The notes: generated by a model not told the origin, from the letters alone. DNA of 64,000 nt from Pelagomonas calceolata (GCA_918797485.1 CAKKNE010000003.1:248001-312000), one strand, 5' to 3'. Positions 1 through 10,732 are shown, numbered from the stretch's first letter. Translations and numbers: made by a program.

Positions 1-1378
1 CGCCCTGCTCGACCATGATGGCGTGGTTTCCTACCGCGCACGACAGATTCGCCAGAGCGCAGCCCACATAATACTGGGACATGACGTCGGCCGAGTTCGA
101 CAAAGAAAATAAAGCGTGCAGCACGCCCTCCTCGATCATGACGGCGTGGTTTGCGACGGTCGCTGACAGATTGGCCAGTGCCAAGACGGCGTAGCGCCGC
201 CCCTCGAGCTGGCCCGTCGGGTTGTGGGCTAGAGCGACTAACGGCCTAATAGCACCGGCCTGCACCACCTTAATCTGCGAGGCGATCGTCGTGGCCAGAT
301 TCGCCAAACATAAAGCGGAGAAGCGTTGACAATTAATATCGTCGATCTCGAGGGCTTTGACCATCGGTAATAAGACACCTTCCTTGAGCAGAGTCTGCTG
401 GACGTCGGCGTTGGCGGCTAAATTAGCGATGGCTCGACTCGCTTCGCCTTTGGTGTTCGTGTCCTCTGAGAGAGCTAAGGCGACGAGCGGGGCCAAGCCT
501 CGCTCTTCTAGGAGTCTCCCGTGCAGTTCCGCGAGCTCCACCAAGTTCGCCACCGAGCAACACGCGTGCCGCTCCGTCTCGACGTCTCCCGACAAGAGCA
601 TGGCGATGATCGTGGAGATGCTTCGATCGCAGATCTCCATCTTGTTCTCTTCTACGGAAGACAAACAGTTCAATGCCGCCGACACCTCTCGCAGCACCTC
701 AATCTCGTCGGTTCGAGCCATCAACACAATAGGATCCAACACGCCCTCTTGCACGACGAGAGGTCTATAGTGGGGCGTGATACATAGACCTCGCAAGGCG
801 CTCATGGCCTGGCGCTGCGCGTTCAGGTCCTCACAACAAGCTAAAGCCACGAGTGCGGCAGCGCCGCCCTCGTCGACGATCTGCTGTCTATGATTGGCGT
901 TCGCCGCGAGATTTGATAATGCAAAGGCCGCGTACCTCCCTGATTCTATATCCTCCGTTTTCAAGAGGCACATGAGCGCGTTAATGCCTTCGCTCTTGAC
1001 GATTTCTTCGTGGTTCATCGGTTCCGCGGCTAAATTCCCAAGGGCCATGGCGCAATACTGCCGTCCTATCAGATCATTGCCTTCGGCCGCCGTATAGTCG
1101 ACTAGCGTCGTGAGACATCCCTCGGCGACGATCGCTAGGCGGTTGTACGACGCCGACGCGCAGTTCCCGATCGCCAGCGCCGCGAAGCGCTGGGCCTCGT
1201 TGTCCTGGGAACCGGCTAACAGGTTTACTAAAGATTTGATGCCGCCCTTTTTCACGATGCGCTCGTGTAACTCCGTATGCGTCGAGAGGTCGCACAACCC
1301 GAAGGCGACCTCCTTCTGCTCGCGCGGCCGTCGGACGCGGCGGCCCTTGGCGATGAGGGCCTCGAGGACCTTCGCCAT
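1..1378 (-). CDS. Armadillo-repeat protein (Vac8-like), 5' part; runs off the left edge of the window
   Basis: Absent from the ORF track because it has no stop in the window. Manual translation from ATG 1378 gives MAKVLEALIAKGRRVRRPREQKEVAFGLCDLST, then ~40-aa ARM units (AQRFAALAIGNCAS, GRYAAFALSNLAANANHRQQIVDEGG, EASRAIANLAANADVQ), open to position 2. Confidence 0.9.
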   Translation of the reverse strand, partial: MAKVLEALIAKGRRVRRPREQKEVAFGLCDLSTHTELHERIVKKGGIKSLVNLLAGSQDNEAQRFAALAIGNCASASYNRLAIVAEGCLTTLVDYTAAEGNDLIGRQYCAMALGNLAAEPMNHEEIVKSEGINALMCLLKTEDIESGRYAAFALSNLAANANHRQQIVDEGGAAALVALACCEDLNAQRQAMSALRGLCITPHYRPLVVQEGVLDPIVLMARTDEIEVLREVSAALNCLSSVEENKMEICDRSISTIIAMLLSGDVETERHACCSVANLVELAELHGRLLEERGLAPLVALALSEDTNTKGEASRAIANLAANADVQQTLLKEGVLLPMVKALEIDDINCQRFSALCLANLATTIASQIKVVQAGAIRPLVALAHNPTGQLEGRRYAVLALANLSATVANHAVMIEEGVLHALFSLSNSADVMSQYYVGCALANLSCAVGNHAIMVEQG

Positions 1379-1993
1379 GGCGGCGCCTGCGCTTTGGTCC
1401 TACTACCGGCGCTGCCTAGTTTATGAAGTCTGGCGGCGCCGCACGGCTGCCCGTTCGTTTTTGTTGTATTGTAGCGCTCCTCAGGCGTCGCGGCTGCTCC
1501 CCTTAGCTGCCGTCGACGGCTGTGAGGCCCGGGCCGCGGCCAACGCCTGGTCTTGGCCTGCCGAGTTTGGGGCAGCCACTAGCGGCTACTAGCGCTCACC
1601 CCGCCCTGTCAACTTGCTCGGGGGGCGGTCCTCGAGGCGGTGCGCGCTTGTGGGCAGCCATTGTTGCGGCAAATCGCGTGTAAACCCGTTTTGATGCCTG
1701 TTTTGTGCCGGCGCCCCGCCGCAATTAAAATTTTAAGGCGCTAGCACCGCAGAGAGACGCCAAATATAGTGCGCGAGGCAGCAAATATATAGCATCACTG
1801 CGAGGTGTGCAAAGGGGTGCAAAAAAGGCCGCTCGCGCGGACAGCAGACAGCCATTTTTGCATTGCTTTGCTTAGAGCCAGGCCGCCTAGCCACCAAGCC
1901 GCCGCGGGGCCTGCTTGACCGCACTGCTTGATCGCGCAAAACATATTTTTGCTTTATCATTGCACAAGCACGAGTGCGCGGTCTCATCTAGTC

Positions 1994-2872
1994 ATGAAAC
2001 GCAAAGCGGGCAGAGTTGATCGCAACGATGTGAAAGCGAGGGCCGCAGCGATGCGCCAAAAGAAAGCTGCCGCGGAGGCTGCCAAGCAAAAGGCCGCGGC
2101 GGCGGAGGAGGCCAAGCGGCAGCGGTCCATGATGCCGCCGCCGCCGCCGATGGCGCCGAAACCGAAGCAGACGCGCACCGTGACGCTGCCGGCGGAGCCG
2201 GCGTCGCCCGCTCCTCCCGCAAAGCCGCCCGCGGGCCTGCCGCCGGGCTTCTTCGACAGCGCCGCGACATCCTCCGAAGCGCCGAAGTCGCTCGTGGCCT
2301 ACGGCAGCGACGACAGCGACAGCGACGACGCCGAGGAGGCGCCGGCCGCCGCGGCGGCGCCCGCGCCCGCGCCCGCGCCGGCCAAGGGCGAGCTGCCGGC
2401 CGGATTCTTCGACGACAAAAACGCCGACCTGAAGGCGCGGGGCGTGGACCCCGAAAAGGCCAAGGCCGAGAGCGAGGCCAAGGCCTGGGCCGAGTTCTCC
2501 GAGTTCGCGGGCGGCGTGGCCCGCGACGAGGCCCAGGACGAGGCAACCGAAGCCCAGGAGAATGACGATGAATCCAGGCGGCGCGCGCTGGACCAGGCCT
2601 GGTACGAGCGGCGGCTCGCGCCGCTGATGGCGCGCGCCGACGGCGCCAAAGCCCCGGTTGTGAACGATGCCGTGGCGCGCGTCGGCGACGCGGACGACGG
2701 CGGCGTGGACATCGCGGCGGCGCTGGCGGCGCGGGAGCGGAAGGACAAAGAAAAGGCGGCGGCCGCCGCCGCCATGCTGCCGATCGACGACGACCTCTCG
2801 GACGACGACCTCAACGAGGCGCTCTGGAACCAGCCCCGCTACACGGTGCCTGGGTTCCAGAAGGGCCAGTAG
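1994..2872 (+). CDS. ZNF830/CCDC16-like protein (C-terminal conserved region)
   Basis: LPAGFFDDKNADLKARGVDP...AWAEF resembles the ZNF830 LPEGFFDD motif. First ATG at 1994. Confidence 0.6.
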   Translation: MKRKAGRVDRNDVKARAAAMRQKKAAAEAAKQKAAAAEEAKRQRSMMPPPPPMAPKPKQTRTVTLPAEPASPAPPAKPPAGLPPGFFDSAATSSEAPKSLVAYGSDDSDSDDAEEAPAAAAAPAPAPAPAKGELPAGFFDDKNADLKARGVDPEKAKAESEAKAWAEFSEFAGGVARDEAQDEATEAQENDDESRRRALDQAWYERRLAPLMARADGAKAPVVNDAVARVGDADDGGVDIAAALAARERKDKEKAAAAAAMLPIDDDLSDDDLNEALWNQPRYTVPGFQKGQ

Positions 2873-3293
2873 TTTAACTTGGTTTTATTGTTACTTCGCG
2901 TCCGTCGGAGGGATGTCTATGGTCCTCAATGTCACGGGCCGCATTGGTATCAGCAGTAGGCTCATGTTTTAGGCCCAGGCAGAGAGTTGCAGACGCATGC
3001 TAGTGTCTTACAGACGTTAGCTCGGGGAGTTTCGGATGTTAAAAAAAAGCACCTAGATCTCACCAAGAACGTAAGCTCCCGCGCCTATACTTCGCGACGC
3101 AGTGCCGCCTGTGTGCGGTACGCGATTTCCGCGCAAACCGCGGGCGAAACGGCCGCGGATGTCCTAATCTTGCAGTTACAAAGCCGGCGCTCTTCACAGC
3201 CATACGCCGCGGGAGCGGATCGCGCGACGCCATCGACGATACGGGCGGCCGGCGCCCAACGCCCCACGTCTCTGCAGGCAAGAAACTCCACCA

Positions 3294-4433
3294 ATGCCCA
3301 CCCACTACGACGATTCCTCGGACTCGGACGGCGACGAGCCGGCGCCGACGCGCGCGTGCGGAGCCGGCGTCCGCGGCGCCGCCGCTCAAATCACACGCGC
3401 GTGAACGCAGGTACAAGCCGCGCCGCCGCAAGGTCATCCCCTTCCTCGAGAAGCTCGTGCAGCTCCTCCAGGAGGAGCCCGACGTGATCCGGCGCGCCGC
3501 CCGCGCGCGAAACCAATTTTCACGCCATCGACGCGAAACGTGAACGCGATCGCATACAGGTGGACGCGCGAGGGCAACCTCGTCATCCCCGACCCCGTCA
3601 AGCTCGAGCGCAAGCTCCCGCTCTACTTCCGGCACCAGCACTACTCGTCGTTCCAGCGCCAGCTGAACAACTTCGGCTTCAACAAGCAGCACAAGTCCGC
3701 GAGCCCGCTGAACTCGGTCTACGTGCGCATCAAGGGCGAGCAGCTCGCCGACGTCGACGTCGTCGAGCTCCTCCACCTCCGGCCCGTCCTCGAGCGGTCG
3801 ACGCTCCGCCGCGCCAAGCGCGCGCGCCGCGCCGCGCCGGCGCCCAAGGCGGCGACGCCGGCGAAGCGGCGCCGCGCGGCGCCCGTGACGCCGCCCGGCC
3901 GCGGCCCGGCGGCGCGGCCCGCCTTCCCAGACCGGGCGCCGGGCGCCTCGCCCGTGACGCCGCCGCGGCGCCGGCCCGTGCCCGTCGACCTGGGCCGGGC
4001 CGCGCCGGCGGCCTACGGGCGCCTGCCGCACGGCTTCACCTTCCGCGGCGCCGAGCCGACGACGCCGACGACGGTCAAGTCGCCGCTGAGCGGCGGCCTC
4101 GACGGCGTCGGCGACAAGCCCTCGCTGGCCGTCATCTTCTCGCGCAAGAACGACCCCATCGGCGCGCCGCACTTCGAGCCCTGCCTCGAGCCGCCGCCGC
4201 CGGGCGCGGGCCCGCGGACGTCGCGGCCCGCGTCGCCCGTCGACGACGACCTGCTCCTGTCGCCGCCGCCGCCGCTCTTCGCCGAGGACTGGGGCGCGCG
4301 CTGCTCGTCGCCGGAGCTCTGGGCGCACGTCGGCGACCTCGTCGAGGAGCCCGACGTCACGTACGCGGGCGGCTTCCCCGAGGACTACTCCGACGTCTTC
4401 GGCGCGCCGGCGGCGGCGCTCCCGGCCTTCTGA
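3294..4433 (+). CDS. HSF-type DNA-binding transcription factor; exons 3294-3355, 3411-3491, 3560-4433
   Basis: Splicing a GT-AG intron (3356-3410) and a GC-AG intron (3492-3559) rebuilds the HSF domain VIPFLEKLVQLLQEEPDVIRWTREG...LPLYFRHQHYSSFQRQLNNFGFNK. Total length stays in frame. Confidence 0.88.
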
Positions 4434-4597
4434 AGAAGGTCGCCGGGCAGCCCCCCACTCCTCCCCTTTTTGGTCTTGCGCACACGCGTTTTTGATCTGT
4501 CCACGTCCTCTCCTTCCCCACGTTCTTAACGTTCTCTTTTGTGACATCGCTAGGAGGGAGATGCCACTGACCGGCAACACATTTCAACAGTATTATC

Positions 4598-5434
4598 TTA
4601 CACGCTCCAGGGCGGGAGGACTGTGCCGAAGAGCTCGAAGTCCCGGATGTGCAGGCACCGCAGGGCCTCGATATCATGATCGCCATGCTCCGCAACTACG
4701 TCCAGCATTCGCAGCCGAAAGCGGGAGGACGCTACCGCAGTTCCATCAACATCGAAGCATTTCGCTGGTCCATCAAAGCCAAAGGGTATTTCCACCCATG
4801 GACTCGCACCGCACTCGTAGAGCACGTGCCACCGCTCGCCGTCGAACGCCTCGAACACCCAGTCCCCGAAATTACGCACACTGCACGAGCCGTGCGCGAG
4901 GCGGAAGCTGCTAAGTTGCAGCTGGAAGGGCAATTGAAACTCAACTAAAGTGCCTGAGAGCACGCAGCACTCGCCAATTGTAATCAAGTCCTCGTGCGAG
5001 TCCCGATCGACAACCTGGAACGGGAAGACCCTATCTTCACGTAGATGAACTACTGGGGCATCAAGGAGCCTTCGTTGAGGTATGATTCGGAGCCTCGAGG
5101 GCGGCATCGCCGCGTTGGTGATTTGTTCAAAATGAGGCGCCACCATGCAGGCATGGTAAGTAAAGCTAACTCTGCGCCATGGCTGCGTCCCAAGCGCCGT
5201 CGCTAGTGCGTGGACGACGCCGTGGTCGCTGCCGCGCAGCACATAGCTTTCCGAGCCGCGAAGGCGCGTCAACTCGTTCGACGTAGCCACGCCGCGCAGC
5301 GCTTTTGATGCGCCTCCCGCGATGCGGCGGCTGTCCGCTACAGAGAGGAAAGTCAGCACGCGTCGCAGCGCATCGTCGTCGAGCCCTCCCAGCGGCCCTT
5401 GCGCCGCGCGTCTCTGCGCGCGCGTGCGCGGCAT
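4598..5434 (-). CDS. F-box-like N-terminus plus discoidin/F5-8-like C-terminal domain protein
   Basis: LGGLDDDALRRVLTFLS is F-box-like. WVFEAFDGERWHVL...SRFRLRM...DFELFG is discoidin/SUN-like. Confidence 0.55.
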   Translation of the reverse strand: MPRTRAQRRAAQGPLGGLDDDALRRVLTFLSVADSRRIAGGASKALRGVATSNELTRLRGSESYVLRGSDHGVVHALATALGTQPWRRVSFTYHACMVAPHFEQITNAAMPPSRLRIIPQRRLLDAPVVHLREDRVFPFQVVDRDSHEDLITIGECCVLSGTLVEFQLPFQLQLSSFRLAHGSCSVRNFGDWVFEAFDGERWHVLYECGASPWVEIPFGFDGPAKCFDVDGTAVASSRFRLRMLDVVAEHGDHDIEALRCLHIRDFELFGTVLPPWSV

Positions 5435-5706
5435 TTTTTCACCTCAGCTCCTCAGTTTTGAGCTATGTGGCTGCTGTGGGCCTTGAAAAGCACGCGTAAG
5501 GGTGGCTTTGGCTGCTATTTGCCAACTTTACCCGCTTGCTAGTGTGTTAGAGGACGCTAGCAAGTTGCCTTGCCCCGGGCGCGTCGTCCGACGCCGCATG
5601 GGCAGCCCGTCTTCATCGACGGCGACTACGGAAGTACCACCCCACGCTGCCCGCCTCGCACGCGTGCGCATCTCAATTCTGCGCGGTGCACAACATTTGA
5701 CAAAGC

Positions 5707-7035
5707 ATGTCGAGCTTTAAGGACTTTGTGCGGCAGCGGCGCCAACTCGCAGCGGTCACGGAGACGGCCACGAATCCGCCACCAAGGATCCTGCTCGTCA
5801 CGACCGCCAATCTGTTTACTTACGATGGCAGCGGTAGAACCGTGGACATGACCAAGCGCCCGACCGGCGGATTAACATTAACACATGCGCTCACGCGCCA
5901 CGTCCACGGCTTGGGCGGCAGCATCGTCGCCGTGGACTTTGTGCACGACGACTACGGCGACGTCGCCGAGAGGCGCTGGGAGGGTATCCCGATCAAGTGC
6001 GTCCGGCGCGGCGCTGCCATGCGTCTGAGCGCAGACGTCGTCGTGACGACCTCGCTGGCATTGGACGTCGTGAACTGGGCGGCGGCGCACTGTTCCGGGG
6101 CATTTTGCGCGATGTGTCACGACTACTCCGGCGCGCCCTGGGGTCCCTTCGGCCACGTCGACGCGAAGCAGCAGGCGCCGCTCCGCGACGCCCTCGCGGG
6201 GTGGAATCTGTTGTGTGATTCGAAGCACGTCACGGCGTACCACGAACGCTTCGGGCCCGCGGATGTCAAGCCGCAACTCTGCTACGGCGCGTGCTACGGC
6301 TACTTCCGCGCGCCGCCGCTCTACCGGAACGCCGTCGCCGCGGAGTACGTCACCTTGATCTCGCCCTGCGCGCCGAAAGGCCTGAGCATCCTGGCGGCGA
6401 TCGCGCCGAGGATGCCTCACGTCAAGTTTCTGTGCGTTGCCACAGCTTGGACGAACGCGGTGGTCCAGCACATCCTGAAGCGGTTCCCGAATGTTATGGT
6501 TGAGGCGGGGGCGCCCGACGTCGACGTGTTCTATCGAAGAACTCGTGTGTTGCTCGTGCCGTCGATCTGGCCCGAGGCGTTTGGATTGGTGGCCACAGAG
6601 GCCGCCGCCCGAGGCATCCCCGTGCTCTCGACGGACTTTGGCGGCCTCGCGGAGGCGAACCCTGTGGAACGACTGCGACTTCCCACGCGCTGGTTCTATG
6701 ACCATGCCGCATTTAAGCTGCTGCGGTGCCACCTCGACGACGCGATGGAGCGGCCCCAGGCCGACCCGCCGGCGGACGTCCTCGCGGCGGCGTCGGACGA
6801 ACGGCGCGAGCGCGTCGCGAAGCACCTGTTCCATTGTGTATTGCACGTAGCTCCTTCCGACGTCGCGGATGCGTTCGTCGAGACGCTCACACGGCTTCTC
6901 GCGGACGACGCGTTTTACGCCGAAGCCGCGCGCGACTCGCGCGAGGGCGCGATGGCGTTCATCGAGCGGTACGACGGGACGTTTGTGGATGTTGTGAAGG
7001 GGGTTCTGTTGCGGCGGCCGCTCGCGTGTGAGTAG
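5707..7035 (+). CDS. GT-B glycosyltransferase (group 1 / GT4-like)
   Basis: VLLVPSIWPEAFGLVATEAAARGIPVLSTDFGGLAE contains the E-x7-E motif. Confidence 0.88.
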   Translation: MSSFKDFVRQRRQLAAVTETATNPPPRILLVTTANLFTYDGSGRTVDMTKRPTGGLTLTHALTRHVHGLGGSIVAVDFVHDDYGDVAERRWEGIPIKCVRRGAAMRLSADVVVTTSLALDVVNWAAAHCSGAFCAMCHDYSGAPWGPFGHVDAKQQAPLRDALAGWNLLCDSKHVTAYHERFGPADVKPQLCYGACYGYFRAPPLYRNAVAAEYVTLISPCAPKGLSILAAIAPRMPHVKFLCVATAWTNAVVQHILKRFPNVMVEAGAPDVDVFYRRTRVLLVPSIWPEAFGLVATEAAARGIPVLSTDFGGLAEANPVERLRLPTRWFYDHAAFKLLRCHLDDAMERPQADPPADVLAAASDERRERVAKHLFHCVLHVAPSDVADAFVETLTRLLADDAFYAEAARDSREGAMAFIERYDGTFVDVVKGVLLRRPLACE

Positions 7036-7049
7036 AAGTTACTATGTAT

Positions 7050-7685
7050 TTAGGGACTGCTAGACGGCGGGTCGCGGGCGCGGAGCGCGGCTCGCGCGTC
7101 TCGCAGGAAGCATTCAGCCGCTTCTGTGATCGGGTGCGTGCCACCAAACACGTGCCGCGCGAGCCGTACCGTGTCTTCGAGCGTCGACACTGCATCACGA
7201 AGATCGTCGAGGGTGGTAGCGTCGTCCCTGTAGAGCGCCCGCGCATAATTCCAACGCATCCTGAGCGTGGTTTCATGACGCTCACCAAGGACGCGTCGCG
7301 CCATGGGTGTGGTTTTGCGCAGCAGTGATCTGGCTTCTTTGAAGCGCTGTTGATCAAGGAGGGACACCGCGTAATTGTTGGTCGCCCGGAGGGTATTTCC
7401 ATGTTCTTCGCCATGGAGCTTCAAATATGCATTGTATACGTCTCGTTTCATCTGCAGGGCCTCTTCAACCCGTCCGAGCGTTCCATACGTGATCGCAAGA
7501 TTGCTCTGCAGGACTAGCAGTTCGACTTCTGACGCGCCAAGGCGCCGCTCCATGGAGAACTCGGCCTCCTTCACAGATAATGCGTCCGTGTGGTGCATTG
7601 TCTCGGCTAAGCCATTCCCAAGCGCCGACATCGCTAAGCGCCGAGCCCAGTCGGCCTCCGGCCGCCCCAAGTACGTCTTCCACCG
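7050..7685 (-). pseudogene. 5'-truncated TPR (kinesin-light-chain-like) repeat gene
   Basis: WKTYLGRPEAD...LQSNLAITYGTLGRVEEAL...LHGEEHGNTLRATNNYAVSL...RVLGERHETTL. The upstream part of the ORF is only the antisense of another coding fragment. Confidence 0.6.
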
Positions 7686-8003
7686 CAGCTCCGCCGCCTC
7701 TGCGCCAAGGTCGCCTTCGACCTCATCCTGATCGACGGCAACGAGTACACGGGCTGGGGCGAGTTCGAGCGCGTCCGCGACGAGTGCAGGCCGCGCTACG
7801 TCGCACTCCACGACACCGGAACTCTCAAGACGGCCAAGGTCGAGGCCTACCTCGAGACGCACACGGACGAGTACCGCCTGCTCCTGCGCAAGGGCGAGAC
7901 GGACGCGTCGCCGGCGTGCGACTTGGTCGGCTGCCTCCCCGAGGGACTGTTCGCGCCGAACGAGGCGGGCTGGGCGATCTACCAGCGGTCCGACTACTCC
8001 TAG
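7686..8003 (+). pseudogene. C-terminal fragment of a class I SAM-methyltransferase-like gene, no start codon
   Basis: QLRRLCAKVAFDLILIDGNEYTGWGEFERVRDECRPRYVALHDTGTLKT...GWAIYQRSDYS*. Strong coding-type codon bias. In-frame stop at 7635-7637 with no ATG between it and the fragment. Confidence 0.55.
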
Positions 8004-8073
8004 GTGTTGTTGTTGTGGAGCCTGCCCCGGCGATAAGTTTCTGTACACAAATAATACTTAACGGGACACACAG

Positions 8074-8850
8074 TCAGCTCGAGTTATTGATCTTGATGCG
8101 CTTCCTGACGGCCGTCCGACAGAGCGGGCATTTCGTGAGCGTGTTGGCGCAGGCAGCACAGGCGACAAGGTGGTTGCACGGACTAAAGAGGACCGACCGC
8201 GGCGCGTCGATTTCCATGCAAATCGCACACAGGACACGATCCTCTAAATCATCGCGCTCACGCTTGAGCCTCCGAATTTCCGTCTTTAAACTGCCGGCCC
8301 CGTCGCCTTGCGGAACAGGTTCGTCGTCGTCTTCCGCCGCGTCGGGCGGTGGCAGTGCGGCGGCGTCGTTAGCATCGTCCAGAGAGAGCGCCGCTTGTGT
8401 GATCGCGGCAGGTCCGAGCGCTGCTGGAACTAGCGGCACTTCTGGAGCCGCCGCAATTTCCGAAGCCGCCGGCACGAGACCCGGTGCCGGCACAGCCGGC
8501 GGAGTCGACATCAATCGGCAGATCGCCTCAATAGCGGCGCCCCTTCCGTGGGCCGCAATCAACCGCATCACGTGGGTGCCGTCGATATGGATGTCGTCGA
8601 CAACTTCGGCGCCGCCTTTGGTCATGGCGCTTCTGCGCATGCTACAGTGGTTCTTCCCCGGCACCCCTAGCCAATCGAGAACTTCCTTCAGTGAGAAGAT
8701 CGGCTTCGGGCCACCTTGCACGGGCCGGAGGACGCCTGCACAGCCAGCAAAGCTGAGGCCCTCCGTTTTTGATGATGCCACAGCAGCTGCAGGCGCCTGG
8801 GCCATCCGCGGCGCAGTGTAATCGGCAGAATTGTGCTCTGCGAATTGCAT
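8074..8850 (-). CDS. C3HC4 RING-finger protein (putative E3 ligase)
   Basis: C-terminal CAICMEIDAPRSVLFSPCNHLVACAACANTLTKCPLCR after a short coiled coil. Confidence 0.85.
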   Translation of the reverse strand: MQFAEHNSADYTAPRMAQAPAAAVASSKTEGLSFAGCAGVLRPVQGGPKPIFSLKEVLDWLGVPGKNHCSMRRSAMTKGGAEVVDDIHIDGTHVMRLIAAHGRGAAIEAICRLMSTPPAVPAPGLVPAASEIAAAPEVPLVPAALGPAAITQAALSLDDANDAAALPPPDAAEDDDEPVPQGDGAGSLKTEIRRLKRERDDLEDRVLCAICMEIDAPRSVLFSPCNHLVACAACANTLTKCPLCRTAVRKRIKINNSS

Positions 8851-9103
8851 TTACGGGCCTGGCCCAGCAAAAGGCTGCCAAAGCAAAAACGAGAAGCTAG
8901 CGGCTGTAAGGCACTAGCCAGCTAGCCGCCGCAGCTTTTAAGCCGCGCGCGCTGCTCTAGGCGAGCAAGCGGTGCTCTAACCGACGCTGAGAGAGCTCGC
9001 AGCAAAGCTGTCACAGCGCAGAAGCAGCGACGTTCGCTCTCAGCCCGCGCCACCCTCCGGTTGGCGACCAGTCCTTCAAACCAAAAAGAGGCTAAGCAGC
9101 CAG

Positions 9104-10732
9104 ATGTACGTCGACAAGGGCGTCCTCGTCGCCAGCGCGAGCGCGCGCCGCCGCGTCGTCGTCGTCGGCAGCAGCGGCGGCTCGACGGTGCAATTCCCGG
9201 CCCCGGTCGAGTTCCTCGAGGCCCTCTCGCAGCAGCTCGCGCGCATCAGCCAGGGCGCCGCGGTCGTCGCGGCGCAGTTCGTCTGCTGCGAGGTGGCCTT
9301 GGACGACGCGACGCCGCGGTCTCCGGCATCCTTGTGGATTGTGGATGCATCTGTAAGTCCCGAGCCCAAGTGCGTCTTGCGGGCCGAGTTGGTAGCGGTG
9401 AACCGGCGCGCCAGAGAACTGGACGCGGCTCTCGCAAGATCCGTACCAGGGTTCGACGCCGTCGTCGCGCTGTCCGCGGACGCGCGCGCCGGCGGCGCGA
9501 ACGGCGACGTGCTACGGGCCGCGGGCGCCTCAGGTCTACCCGTCGCCGGCACGGGCGGCTCCGGTCTCAGTGTGGCGGCGCAGCAGTACGGCTGCCGGCT
9601 GTGTGGCAACGCGGGCGGTTCGGTCGCGACGTCGAACCGAACCAAGGCGATCGGCATCGCCGCGTCGCTGGCCGGAGCCTGGCACGAGCACTACACGCCC
9701 GCTACGTTTGATGCCAAGACGGCTCCGCACCTGCGAACCGTGGTCAATGAACTACTACCAGCTTTAGTAGGTGTCGCGGTCGTCCGCCGCTTCGTATCCC
9801 TGGATACCGGTCTGGCCGCTCCGGCGGTCGGCGCCTTCTCGGCCATTCGCTACGCGGGCGGCGATTTGGGTCCCGTCGCGGCGCTCGCGGGCGGCATCCT
9901 GGGAGCGTTATGTGCTGGAAGTCCAGCGGCCGCTTTACTCGCTTCCATAGCGTACGCCTTCGCGGCGCCGCACGCGCTGGCGCTGTGCGCGCGGGGCCGG
10001 GCCCCGGCGACGGCGGCGAATTTTGTGGTCGCCGGTGGGCTCCCCGTCGTGCTCGGCGGGTTGTGGTGGTTACTTTTAGTAGGTCCCGTGGCGTGGCTCA
10101 CCTCATTAGGGAGACGGATCATCCGGCGATTACTGGGAAACGCGATCTTAAATGCGGCCGCCGCGGCCGGCGTGCAGTACGGCGCGCGGCGCGGCTGGTA
10201 CCATATTTATATCTTACCGCTGATCTGCCTTGAGCATGAGCGCGGCGAGCTCGCTTGTCTCGGCGCTCTAGACGCTTTGGCACTCGTTTGTGTGGGTTGC
10301 GGCGCGTGCGCGGCGCAACTAGCCCAGCCGCGGCCGCGGCCCACGAAGCGCGAGGCCGACGCGGACCAGGCGCTGGCGCTGCGCGGGTTGCTGGTGGGCG
10401 GGTGCTGCGGAGATTATGTCGAGGCCTGCCACCCGTTCCTGGCGCGGGATCCCATTCTCGACGGCGCGACGTATGCTGGAAGTGTGTTAGCTGCGTTAGT
10501 TTCCGCGGGCTCGGCGTCGTCGGCGTACCTGCCCGTGCCGCTTTCATTTTTAGCGGCGGAGCGGCCGGGCCGCTTCCTATTTGGGGTGTTTGTGGCGTTC
10601 GGCGTGCCCTTCGCCGCGGGCTGCGTGTCGAACATGAAGGCGGCGCGCGAGAATCCCGCTGGTGTTGTGCGGCGCGGGTCGGCGTCTGCGGCGGCGGGCG
10701 TCGCGGCGGGCGTGGAATCGAAGACGCACTAG
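9104..10732 (+). CDS. Polytopic membrane protein resembling bacterial PTS EIIC-like 'sugar transporter' proteins
   Basis: VVVVGSSGG, LPVAGTGGS...GGSVATSNRTKAI, GWYHIYILPLICLEHERG...LGALD, GDYVEACHPF. Many TM segments in the C-terminal half. Confidence 0.6.
   Translation: MYVDKGVLVASASARRRVVVVGSSGGSTVQFPAPVEFLEALSQQLARISQGAAVVAAQFVCCEVALDDATPRSPASLWIVDASVSPEPKCVLRAELVAVNRRARELDAALARSVPGFDAVVALSADARAGGANGDVLRAAGASGLPVAGTGGSGLSVAAQQYGCRLCGNAGGSVATSNRTKAIGIAASLAGAWHEHYTPATFDAKTAPHLRTVVNELLPALVGVAVVRRFVSLDTGLAAPAVGAFSAIRYAGGDLGPVAALAGGILGALCAGSPAAALLASIAYAFAAPHALALCARGRAPATAANFVVAGGLPVVLGGLWWLLLVGPVAWLTSLGRRIIRRLLGNAILNAAAAAGVQYGARRGWYHIYILPLICLEHERGELACLGALDALALVCVGCGACAAQLAQPRPRPTKREADADQALALRGLLVGGCCGDYVEACHPFLARDPILDGATYAGSVLAALVSAGSASSAYLPVPLSFLAAERPGRFLFGVFVAFGVPFAAGCVSNMKAARENPAGVVRRGSASAAAGVAAGVESKTH

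Noticed and set aside
3060..4580. Long Arg/Ala/Pro-rich alternative-frame ORFs (for example 3060-4580, 3560-4495, 22098-23411, 22979-24430, 26300-27496, 29259-30506, 48207-49298)
   Set aside because: Typical stop-poor shadow frames of high-GC coding DNA, overlapping better-supported genes and lacking motifs.
8560..8720. Bro-N-like look of PIFSLKEVLDWLGV in the RING protein
   Set aside because: The similarity covers only a few residues and cannot be supported without a profile search.
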